From: an uncultured virus (IMG/VR IMGVR_UViG_3300024270_000041)
Lineage: Duplodnaviria; Heunggongvirae; Uroviricota; Caudoviricetes
Strand: one strand, 5' to 3'
IMG/VR virus record: IMGVR_UViG_3300024270_000041
Length of the DNA: 56,521 bases
In this document: positions 38,320-47,103 of the stretch, piece after piece
How positions within the stretch are numbered: position 1 is the first letter of the stretch
Layout: the number at the start of each line of letters is the position of its first letter
Notes under the pieces: generated by a model
What the model saw: only the letters and a program-made list of their open reading frames with translations
What the model was told of the DNA's origin: nothing
Database searches by the model: none
Program-made: the position numbers and the translations under genes

Positions 38320-38712
38320 TCATGTTGACTTCTTGCGTTTACCTTTAAAGAGACCTCCGAGTACATCGAACAGTGTACCCTTATATCCCTTCCAAAGGTA
38401 ATCCGACATATTGGGAGGTGTTGTCTTTCGAGCATTGAGTTTCTTCTGTACTGCCCTCAGATGTTTAATAACCGCATCATCGGCAGCGTATGTGCCCTGA
38501 GTTTCAAATCTCTGATTGAGAGTTGCTTTGATACATACCATCTTATGGATAGATGGGTCTATCTCTGCAGTCTTGTGAAGGTAAACGCGTACGGTAGTTG
38601 CACCGATACCGTAATCCTCAGCAAGAGAGCGGATAGTTGTTGATGAGGACAGCACATAGTCGAATACGATATTCCAATATGTGTTATCATCTACAGCCAT
38701 TACGTTAAGCAT
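38320..38712 (-). CDS. SpoIIID-like HTH transcription regulator
   Basis: DYVLSSSTTIRSLAEDYGIGATTVRVYLHKTAEIDPSIHKMV aligns by eye with SpoIIID (YIVETKKTVRVIAKEFGVSKSTVHKDL.ERL.EINP.L..EV). Confidence 0.6.
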   Translation of the reverse strand: MLNVMAVDDNTYWNIVFDYVLSSSTTIRSLAEDYGIGATTVRVYLHKTAEIDPSIHKMVCIKATLNQRFETQGTYAADDAVIKHLRAVQKKLNARKTTPPNMSDYLWKGYKGTLFDVLGGLFKGKRKKST

Positions 38713-38743
38713 TGGAATTCACCTCATTAATGTAGATTTAGTG

Positions 38744-41395
38744 TCATGAAAGAACGATTATCTTTCCGTGCCTATTAATGAGGTGTTCGTCGGCAGATGT
38801 TGTAATGATATCTACCGGGTAGCCTTCAAAGATGTCGTTATGGGTAATGAAGAATGCTTGCTCGGCATTAATCTTCTTAAAGTACTGAGAGAAGATGAGT
38901 AATAATGAGCGACGGCTTACATTATGAATTGGACCATCGACTTCGTCAAGTAACGGGATGTTATATTTAGAAGAGCTCTTCATCATCAGAGCAAATGATA
39001 ATGCTATTGAGATAATGGCTCTTTCACCCTGGGATGCAGAAACTACATCATCGATAATACGCCCACCTTTACTATACGGAATACGGAATTCCTTATCATT
39101 GATTACGAATTCACATACCTCCACATCAGGAAGTACATTGGCGAGCATATCATTTATGTCGTCGACACAGTCATTCAGGAACGACTGTACATATATGAGT
39201 GGGATGCCGTTCTTCGGCGAAGATGCCTTGATGATGAGATTAAGTATCTTGAGTTCATTTGCTATATCGGCAAATTCTCTCTGATAATCAATAACCGTGT
39301 TGAGTTTAATAATACCAGCAGTGAGCTCGCCATCAATAGCTCTAACCTCACCCTGCAGAATAGTGAGAGTGTCCTCAAGGGATTTAATTCTGTCTTTATT
39401 ACTCAATACGATACCGTGTCTGTCATCGAGCTTCTTGAGTTCCAACTGAGCGTTCTCAATATCCCGAATACTTGTCTGTATTTCATCCTTGATCTTATTG
39501 ATATTCTTAAGACAGTCATAGGACCTATTGAGAGTAGCCTGGTATTCAGTGATGGATTTATTAGCTTCCTCAATATTCCTGATAGCTTCCTTATTAGAAC
39601 GAATCTGCTCAACCACCGCTTTATATTCAGCCTGAATTTTCTCAACTGATACATCGAGGGTGCTATCGAGACTTCTTCTGAGTTCAATACTCTTAACTTC
39701 CGCTATTGCGAGCTTCTCACGCTTGACACACTTCTCAAGAGTGTCTATAATGACATCATTATCATACCATATACGAGAGGTATTCTTACTGAGAATCTTA
39801 TCCACTGATGTGATAGATAGAGCCCCTATATTTCGAAGTTTGTTTGCAACACCGTTGAATATCTTACGACACTGCTCAATACGGTTCCATACTACTGGGT
39901 ATGATGAGAGCTCATCAATTCTACTATTCAGATAGTCAATTTCATTTTGTATCTTGGTAATCTTTGTCCTCATCTCATTCTTATCCGTGGTACTCTTTAT
40001 AGTATTAGGATGAGTATAGAAGAATGGACATGTTGAGAATATCTTACACTCCTTAGGCAATGCGAGCTCATCAGATACATCATAACTATCCACGTACTTT
40101 ATATTGGCAGCTGACCTCTGGAGCTTGTATATTTTACCCTGTATCATGTCTATCTGATGTCTAGCACCAGATACCATCTCGGAATTGCCTTTAAGAAGAG
40201 CATGAACGACATCAGGATTCTCAATAACTACCGCATTAAGTTCAATGTCCATAACCCTAAGCTGACCAATGATTGTATTGATTTCTTCAGAGTTGTATTC
40301 ACATTCGAAGCCCTCAATATCTGCTCGCAGTGATTCTATCTCTTCAAGATACTTCTTATACTCAGCCTGTAACTGAGCAATATAATCGTCATTAGCAGAT
40401 GTCTGTAGCAAGTGCTCGAGTTCTATTCTTCGCTTCTCCTGCTGTTGATTATCCATATTCAATGAACTGATGAGTGCATTGTTATTCTGGATATCAGCAT
40501 CAGCTTTACCGAGCTCTCTATTGATGTTATCAAGAGTGCCATACTGCTCCAAGAGAAGGTCTATTTCAAACTGCTTGGAAGTTATCTTGTCGGTGAGAGA
40601 TGATATCAGGGTGCGTAGATAATCCATACGAGCTTCATACTCAGTTACGGTTTTGCCTTCAAGATATATTTCACTTTCCGTTCTGAGTGAGCTGAGTTCA
40701 TCATTAGTAGCAGCGACTCTTCCCTCCGCAAGTTTCAACTGATTAGCGAGTTCTTCATTACGACCACGCATTATTGCGATATCATCTTCACTCACACCGT
40801 TGAGTTTACGGGCGATAAGCTGTGACTGAGCAGTCAATCCTCTAGCTCTCTCTTTCATATCCTTGTGTATAGTAAGATATGTCTCAACATCTGTCTGTCT
40901 ACGAGCAATATACTCCTTACGTTCGATAGTCGGCATATCTATGACGTTAGCTACATTAGGACCGAGTCTGAGAAGTCTTGTCAAATCTGCAGAGAATCCG
41001 AGCTCCGCTTCAACTATCTCTCTGAATGAGTTCTGATTACCATTCTCATTCAACTCAACGCCGTTCTTCTCGATGAATGACTTCACGGCATGATGGTCCT
41101 TCGTCCAAGTATACTTATGGACTATTCGGTATATGTCTCCATCGTCATTATATACAATCTCCTTCTTACCATTCTCTCCCGAGATGATAATAGGATTGGA
41201 ATTTCTTTCATCGAGAGTTCCCACATGTGCATAGGGTATAAGATGACTAAGTATTGTGGTCTTACCAGAACCCATTGGTCCTACCAATAGCATAATCTGG
41301 TTCTCACACTTTGTCAGGTCTATGTGTAGTTTTCGTTTACCCATACCAGTTTCGATAGCTATAAAGTTCTCAAAGAGAACTGATTCTATCTTCAT
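38744..41395 (-). CDS. sbcC: SbcC/Rad50-like SMC ATPase
   Basis: Walker A GPMGSGKT, coiled coil with central CKIFSTC hook, signature ASQGE, Walker B LLDEVD, ITH. Confidence 0.92.
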   Translation of the reverse strand: MKIESVLFENFIAIETGMGKRKLHIDLTKCENQIMLLVGPMGSGKTTILSHLIPYAHVGTLDERNSNPIIISGENGKKEIVYNDDGDIYRIVHKYTWTKDHHAVKSFIEKNGVELNENGNQNSFREIVEAELGFSADLTRLLRLGPNVANVIDMPTIERKEYIARRQTDVETYLTIHKDMKERARGLTAQSQLIARKLNGVSEDDIAIMRGRNEELANQLKLAEGRVAATNDELSSLRTESEIYLEGKTVTEYEARMDYLRTLISSLTDKITSKQFEIDLLLEQYGTLDNINRELGKADADIQNNNALISSLNMDNQQQEKRRIELEHLLQTSANDDYIAQLQAEYKKYLEEIESLRADIEGFECEYNSEEINTIIGQLRVMDIELNAVVIENPDVVHALLKGNSEMVSGARHQIDMIQGKIYKLQRSAANIKYVDSYDVSDELALPKECKIFSTCPFFYTHPNTIKSTTDKNEMRTKITKIQNEIDYLNSRIDELSSYPVVWNRIEQCRKIFNGVANKLRNIGALSITSVDKILSKNTSRIWYDNDVIIDTLEKCVKREKLAIAEVKSIELRRSLDSTLDVSVEKIQAEYKAVVEQIRSNKEAIRNIEEANKSITEYQATLNRSYDCLKNINKIKDEIQTSIRDIENAQLELKKLDDRHGIVLSNKDRIKSLEDTLTILQGEVRAIDGELTAGIIKLNTVIDYQREFADIANELKILNLIIKASSPKNGIPLIYVQSFLNDCVDDINDMLANVLPDVEVCEFVINDKEFRIPYSKGGRIIDDVVSASQGERAIISIALSFALMMKSSSKYNIPLLDEVDGPIHNVSRRSLLLIFSQYFKKINAEQAFFITHNDIFEGYPVDIITTSADEHLINRHGKIIVLS

Positions 41396-41417
41396 TTTAT
41401 CACGTCCTTTCTATGCG

Positions 41418-41427
41418 ATGATATATA
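41418..41427 (-). promoter_or_regulatory. early-type promoter motif TATATATCAT
   Basis: Exact motif upstream of sbcC. Confidence 0.65.
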
Positions 41428-41564
41428 TCTTCACAAAAAAGAAGGGTGGGATTATCCACCCTTCAGATATCAGAATATCCACAATTCGCATGATCCGAAT
41501 ATATACTGAATTGTCTTGCGACTCTTTCGTAGTTGACGTAGATACCCTTTTCGACGTCGACGTC

Positions 41565-41909
41565 TTACTGGACGCATTGAGTTACACCTGCTTCTGATAT
41601 ATTTAGAACGTATTCACTGAAGTACTGTCTGTTCGATTTCAGCTTTATCAGGTTAGTATTCTTACTCAATACATGGAAGAGCATCGATACTGCAGTCATG
41701 TGAGCTTTTACGATATCTGGACACTCGTTCACATCGGTATGGAACGTTGCGTTATTATCTTTCACTGTCGAGACATACATACCCTTTGGAGTGCAGTTAT
41801 CACCTGAATGTGTAGCATGTACATATGCCCGTAATTGACGGATAACCTGTTTAGTGTGACGTATACGCGTCAGTGTGCCCTTTGCCATTCTTCGTCTTCT
41901 TGGTCTCAT
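41565..41909 (-). CDS. small protein with Arg-rich leader MRPRRRRMAKG
   Basis: 114 aa; GAGGAGG RBS. Confidence 0.8.
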   Translation of the reverse strand: MRPRRRRMAKGTLTRIRHTKQVIRQLRAYVHATHSGDNCTPKGMYVSTVKDNNATFHTDVNECPDIVKAHMTAVSMLFHVLSKNTNLIKLKSNRQYFSEYVLNISEAGVTQCVQ

Positions 41910-41911
41910 AA

Positions 41912-42250
41912 TTAGCCCTCCTCTATATTTTCTATACTATGCACGCGTACGTGCTCTTCGATATACTTAGAATATGGATTCGCCAACATGTGTAGTGTAG
42001 GTTCATTATTAGCAACTGCATTATCGAGTGCTTCTATTATTGATACACCTTCGATCGTGTATTTGGATTCGTCCGTGCCGTCAGAGAATATTACAGACAG
42101 TACACGATCACCATCATCTGAGTACTCCGGCATGAATGTGAAGTTGCAGCATAAATCACGAATGTGGTTTGAATACCACTCGATAAATTTACGGTTCTTA
42201 CGCATAAATCGCAGATACCCTTTCTTCCTTCTTTGTCTTCTTGGTCTCAT
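41912..42250 (-). CDS. small protein with Arg-rich leader MRPRRQRRKKG
   Basis: 112 aa; AGGAGG RBS. Confidence 0.8.
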   Translation of the reverse strand: MRPRRQRRKKGYLRFMRKNRKFIEWYSNHIRDLCCNFTFMPEYSDDGDRVLSVIFSDGTDESKYTIEGVSIIEALDNAVANNEPTLHMLANPYSKYIEEHVRVHSIENIEEG

Positions 42251-42252
42251 AA

Positions 42253-42636
42253 TTATTCCTCCTTTACAATACCGTCATAACTCTTAATTGGTCCAATAGG
42301 GTCCTTTATTCCCTCTAACCAATCTCTGCGATAGCCGTTTATTCGCTCCACCAGCTGCTCTGTCGGGTCTTTCGATTCATCTACGATAGATTTAGAATAC
42401 GGCAAGTAGTAGTATGCAGGAACCGATAGTAATGACTCTTTAAACGTTTTCACAAAATGCTCAGATGTATATAGCAGTACAAACTCGCCATCTGGTGCTT
42501 TTGCATATAAATTACCGTGAATATTGGTTACCTCCAGTGATCTTACTGGAGGTAACCCAAGACGCTTTATCACGTATGAATTCTTTCGAATGATTGTACG
42601 TACGCCCTTCTTCAGGCGTTTTCTTTTAGGTCTCAT
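42253..42636 (-). CDS. small protein with Arg-rich leader MRPKRKRLKKG
   Basis: Probable start at 42636 (GGAGGAG RBS; ATGA overlap with the upstream stop). Confidence 0.8.
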   Translation of the reverse strand: MRPKRKRLKKGVRTIIRKNSYVIKRLGLPPVRSLEVTNIHGNLYAKAPDGEFVLLYTSEHFVKTFKESLLSVPAYYYLPYSKSIVDESKDPTEQLVERINGYRRDWLEGIKDPIGPIKSYDGIVKEE

Positions 42637-42944
42637 GTATTTTCTCCTCCTGGCATTGAAACTTGATATGCCCACTTAACTGACATCTGTGGTAGTATGG
42701 GCATAATCTGTTCGGATTCTGATATATTATTGGAACTCGGGCATGGCTCTTTCTTACATACAAATACCGTTAATTTACCGAAATTGTCTGGGTCATATGT
42801 CACAAAGTGCGTATATAGAGGGTTCATATACTCTTCGTGGTGATTTATATAATACTCCATTAGTGTTCGATGAATAGCCTTTTCCACACCTTTAAAATCA
42901 CGTAACAACCTTCGATAACCCGGAGAGCGCCTGTAGTGCCTCAT
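42633..42944 (-). CDS. small protein with leader MRHYRRSPG
   Basis: 103 aa; AAGGAGG RBS. Confidence 0.8.
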   Translation of the reverse strand: MRHYRRSPGYRRLLRDFKGVEKAIHRTLMEYYINHHEEYMNPLYTHFVTYDPDNFGKLTVFVCKKEPCPSSNNISESEQIMPILPQMSVKWAYQVSMPGGENT

Positions 42945-42948
42945 GAAT

Positions 42949-43239
42949 TTACCTCCTTCTTTTCCGCACGTAGTTTCTCAGAGATAATAATTGAGGGTCA
43001 TTAGATTTTATACATATCATCCTCTTATCGATTTTATCGCTATTGAAGTATATAGTGCGGAGCCAGATGTTACCAGTAGATATATTGGAAGATACTCGGT
43101 GTCTAAATATCCAATTATCGTACTCTTCGGGATAATACTGAAGCAGATACGATATCATATGTCTATGATCTATCTTCTCTACTTTACGTGCGATTTTTAT
43201 ATTCCGCCTTGAGCCCGGGGAACGTCGGTAGTGTCTCAT
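42949..43239 (-). CDS. small protein with leader MRHYRRSPG
   Basis: 96 aa; AAGGAGG RBS. Confidence 0.8.
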   Translation of the reverse strand: MRHYRRSPGSRRNIKIARKVEKIDHRHMISYLLQYYPEEYDNWIFRHRVSSNISTGNIWLRTIYFNSDKIDKRMICIKSNDPQLLSLRNYVRKRRR

Positions 43240-43253
43240 ATAACAATCCCTCC

Positions 43254-44012
43254 TTAGGGTATATTGAACGAATCTTCACTAGATACGATAATCTTGCCTG
43301 CACCATCAATAGTAGATGCACCATCAGTGGTTTCGGTCACGATAGGATTCTGCATGTCAATAGGTAAGTGGTTTATTTCTCTCTGAATCTCTGGAGCAGT
43401 GAGAGATTTACCTACAGGGTTCTCTGGATCGAGCTCGTAGAGGATAATGGAATATCCCAGCTTGAGTGCCTGACAACCTCTATCCATAAGCAGGAATGAG
43501 ATATTACCATCTTCACTTCTCATTACAGAGGAGAAGTTAAAGAATGCGTTTCTATCACTGAAACCATCCTTAACTTCTTCGATAGATACATGCTTGGCAT
43601 GAAATGCCTGCTTGAGAGCACGCTTGAGGATATTATCCTTTGTAGTAATCTCTGGAATAGTAAGCTTTGTGCTCTCGTTGTATACGTGCTGGATATTCTT
43701 CTTATCCTTAAGAACCACCAGCATGTTACCCGGCTCCATGTTAGATACATGTGTTTTGATGAGATAGTCAGCACGCTCATCTGGGTCTGGATGAACGAAT
43801 TCATGGAATCCGTCACTGTCCACGTAAATACCCGGCTCAATTGATGACTTCTTTATCTTACCACGGTAGAGGAAGAACACATCGTCATCTCCGTAATCTT
43901 CTCTGAAGATATACGCTTTACCATACTCAGGGACTGTACGATCTTTATCATACAGCTCCATATCATAGACTCCTGTGTTGGTAACGATAATATTTTTGCT
44001 TGTTTCACTCAT
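43254..44012 (-). CDS. hypothetical protein
   Basis: 252-aa operonic ORF with AAAGGAG RBS. Confidence 0.8.
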   Translation of the reverse strand: MSETSKNIIVTNTGVYDMELYDKDRTVPEYGKAYIFREDYGDDDVFFLYRGKIKKSSIEPGIYVDSDGFHEFVHPDPDERADYLIKTHVSNMEPGNMLVVLKDKKNIQHVYNESTKLTIPEITTKDNILKRALKQAFHAKHVSIEEVKDGFSDRNAFFNFSSVMRSEDGNISFLLMDRGCQALKLGYSIILYELDPENPVGKSLTAPEIQREINHLPIDMQNPIVTETTDGASTIDGAGKIIVSSEDSFNIP

Positions 44013-44029
44013 GATTAGTATCTCCTTTG

Positions 44030-44656
44030 TTATTTTGATGCAAATGGGTTTCTATTTGGCATAGGTGTACTTGTACCCGGATTATATGCAGGATGCATGG
44101 GAGAGTCAGTCCATCTAGCCATAAGCATGTAGAGCATCAACTCTCGACTGAAGTCGAAGTTGGTAATTATATGAGAAAGTGATAGTAACTCATCAACTGT
44201 CAGGCATGCATAATTGTCAGTCTCGTTAATGACTATGATGACTCCCTCATAACGCTTCAGGTCGTCGCGCTCTACAACCACGGGACGAATTTCCAGAAAG
44301 CTATGAGTATATTTTCCGGAGTATGCCGAGGTCTTCAGGTCATTGTAGTCGTTATTGAAGTACAACTGCCCTGTATCGGATTTGACGAAGAGGTCCTTCT
44401 TTTTCTCATCGAAGAACCACTCCAGGGCAGTACCTAATGCATTGATAAGCTGGACGTGATGGTCCCAACCAATAGTGAACTTTGCACGATTTATTGCAAT
44501 TTCAAGCTTAACTGACGATGGAATAGTAGTACATTTCCACTCAGAGTTGTCTGATGGGTTAAACCACGTTCTATCGGTAAATCCTATATTAGCCGCCTTA
44601 GATCGGACTACAAAGTCTCCGAACTTTACAAGCAGGCGTTCATATAACTGCATCAT
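44030..44656 (-). CDS. hypothetical protein
   Basis: 208-aa ORF overlapping the helicase stop. Confidence 0.8.
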   Translation of the reverse strand: MMQLYERLLVKFGDFVVRSKAANIGFTDRTWFNPSDNSEWKCTTIPSSVKLEIAINRAKFTIGWDHHVQLINALGTALEWFFDEKKKDLFVKSDTGQLYFNNDYNDLKTSAYSGKYTHSFLEIRPVVVERDDLKRYEGVIIVINETDNYACLTVDELLSLSHIITNFDFSRELMLYMLMARWTDSPMHPAYNPGTSTPMPNRNPFASK

Positions 44657-46143
44657 TCCACCTCCTTATCATCCATCTTCAATACGAACATGTCTTTTAC
44701 TTTAGAGCCTTTAAGGTAGTTAGCCACTCTATTCATTTTTGCCTGACAGTAGGTAAATCCTATGTCATATAGCATCCAGACAAATGAATTCAGACCTTCT
44801 ATAGGACGACATCGTCCAGCTACCTGGTTTGTGTTTACCATATCAATCGGGACTGTCGATATGACATATCTAATCTCCGGGTCAACCACATCAACGCCGA
44901 TTCCAAATGAGCCATAGATAGATACGATTACGTCTGATAGCAGCGTAGCCTCTTTTTCATCATCGTCCACCTTACTATGAAATCTACCTACAGTAAAGAT
45001 ATCTTTATATCTTTCTGCTAGATAGGATGTGAGGCTATCGGTATGGTCAATGGTGTATAATAATATCAGTATCTTATAATGAACTCCGTCTGGATTTGCA
45101 TGAAGTATCTGGTCGATGATTCGGCAGATATACATTGTGGTCAGCCCTTTATTCCATTGGTATTTAGCATACTCAGTGTGTGACCAGTTATACTTCCCAC
45201 CTTGTATCTGCATAAGGTCTCCAGCCTTTGGATTACTGTCATATGTCACAAATGTCGCAATAATATGTCTGAGCTTATTGATTTCGTCATCATTGAGACG
45301 AAGCATCGGAACATTGTAGAATACATCAGTGAATGCACGAGATGCATTCAAGTTACCCCTAGTAGCATCTGCCGATAGATATAGAGTATGGGCTATATTT
45401 GTAGTAGCATTGAGCTTAACCGTAGAGCCCAGATTTAAATGAGCTTCATCAATTATCTTCAACCCTATACCGATATCATCAATCAGAGAACTGAATTCAT
45501 ACCATGAATTAGATTTAGCAAACGATGATATGGTTGCAGGAGTTGCTAGGAAGAAGTCATAATCATCATATCTCAACTTTCCATTTATCAGCTTCTTAAT
45601 AACGTCTGAACCGCTAAGATGTAGCACCCTGCTACTACCAGCGGTTGATATTTTATCAATGGTCTTTTCCCACTGCTGGAGTATCTTAAGGCTCTTACAT
45701 ACAACCAAGGTCTTAGTCCTTAGATGTAAGCTAAACGACACTCCGAGAAATGTCTTCCCGAACGCAGTGGGCACATTCAGGAAGACCTCACGTGATTTAT
45801 TTCCTATAAGTCTCGTCATGATGTCTACCTGGTTATCACGTAACTTTACTGTATCCTTCAAGCGACTCTCCATATTCGAGCGTCTGAAAGGATGCATCCT
45901 GATAACCTTGTAATTTGGAAACCACGCTTTTAATTTGCTCAGTGATACGTAATGGGAGAGGAAGCAACAGTCTTTCTCTATCGGAAATCCCGTGGTGAAA
46001 TTCCTCTTATGATATACATTATCATAGTACGAGCAAATGTTTTCAAGTTCGGGACACTGTCCTTTGATATACGGATATATAGCAATACCGTTCTGATATA
46101 CCAGTATGGTATTGTGATTGTCAAAGTTATTGCTAAATGACAT
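44653..46143 (-). CDS. superfamily 2 (UvsW-like, DEAH) helicase
   Basis: LRDNQ, PTAFGKT, IIDEAH, LSA, GVD, QVAGRCR. Confidence 0.9.
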   Translation of the reverse strand: MSFSNNFDNHNTILVYQNGIAIYPYIKGQCPELENICSYYDNVYHKRNFTTGFPIEKDCCFLSHYVSLSKLKAWFPNYKVIRMHPFRRSNMESRLKDTVKLRDNQVDIMTRLIGNKSREVFLNVPTAFGKTFLGVSFSLHLRTKTLVVCKSLKILQQWEKTIDKISTAGSSRVLHLSGSDVIKKLINGKLRYDDYDFFLATPATISSFAKSNSWYEFSSLIDDIGIGLKIIDEAHLNLGSTVKLNATTNIAHTLYLSADATRGNLNASRAFTDVFYNVPMLRLNDDEINKLRHIIATFVTYDSNPKAGDLMQIQGGKYNWSHTEYAKYQWNKGLTTMYICRIIDQILHANPDGVHYKILILLYTIDHTDSLTSYLAERYKDIFTVGRFHSKVDDDEKEATLLSDVIVSIYGSFGIGVDVVDPEIRYVISTVPIDMVNTNQVAGRCRPIEGLNSFVWMLYDIGFTYCQAKMNRVANYLKGSKVKDMFVLKMDDKEVE

Positions 46144-46988
46144 TAGCTCACTCCTTTAAATAAGAAGGTATGTCTGATATATGATATATCAGACTCATAC
46201 GGCTCTCTTAATGAGAGTTGTGGATAGTTCTGGTACTTCAGAATCGAATTCTTAAATACGACTGATATGAAGTTGACCAATCTGTTATTATGTGCTTCGG
46301 CATGGCTTATAACGCCATTATCAGTTGCCTGCTCGGACAGAATTAATTTGAGATACTCTGGGTCCATAGTAAATGATGCGTCCTCACCATTAATAGTACC
46401 GCAATAATCAGTCATTACCGCAACAGGCTCGAATATATACTGAGTATAGTCTCCTGACAAGATATCTCCACATGTATCGTTGAGCTCCTTCATACTAGAG
46501 CTACAAACGTCTTTAAAACTATCGTAATCGCGGTAGAAGAAATCCTGTCTGAGTGATGGCACTCTCATATCCATAAGAACCCTCTTACGTGCTCGGTGCT
46601 GAATCATTAATTCTGGGACTGTACCAGGAGGCATTAATCTCTTCCAATTGTCACTGGCAATTGAATCGAATCGGTTCACATTATCGATGCCTCGGTTGGT
46701 ATTCCAATCGCGCTCTATTTCACGAACGCGCTTGATTGCATCATGCGCCATCTTGATGGATTGAATTGGATGGATTTCTCTTGATATCTCCACACCATCA
46801 AGGTTGAATCCTGTCCTCTTAACTTCGTCTTCGATTGATTCGGTTCTCCACGACTCCATACCTTTAGCAATCTCCGGGTGCTCAAGGATGTCACTGAGTC
46901 TAAACTTAGGCATGAAATCTGGGTCACACCTAACCTGCTTATGTTGGTCCATATTTAATGAGCCATCCTTACCGAAATAATCTGCCAT
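46143..46988 (-). CDS. hypothetical protein
   Basis: 281-aa ORF with AAAGGAG RBS; near-match early motif at 47037-47046. Confidence 0.75.
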   Translation of the reverse strand: MADYFGKDGSLNMDQHKQVRCDPDFMPKFRLSDILEHPEIAKGMESWRTESIEDEVKRTGFNLDGVEISREIHPIQSIKMAHDAIKRVREIERDWNTNRGIDNVNRFDSIASDNWKRLMPPGTVPELMIQHRARKRVLMDMRVPSLRQDFFYRDYDSFKDVCSSSMKELNDTCGDILSGDYTQYIFEPVAVMTDYCGTINGEDASFTMDPEYLKLILSEQATDNGVISHAEAHNNRLVNFISVVFKNSILKYQNYPQLSLREPYESDISYIRHTFLFKGVS

Positions 46989-47065
46989 ATTTTACATCTC
47001 CTTTTTATAGTCATCTCACGCGGGGTGAGTGTTGTAATAATATACAATCGAAATTTAAGTTGATA

Positions 47066-47099
47066 AATTACCGACTGATGATATCATCAGTCGGTAATT
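47066..47099. terminator. palindromic hairpin after the RNAP genes
   Basis: AATTACCGACTGATGA/TCATCAGTCGGTAATT. Confidence 0.75.
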
Positions 47100-47103
47100 G
47101 TAT

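Noticed and set aside
38181..38435. N-terminal extension of ORF 37563-38435 from the ORF track
   Set aside because: It runs across a terminator, a promoter motif and the SpoIIID-like gene; the RBS supports a start at 38180.
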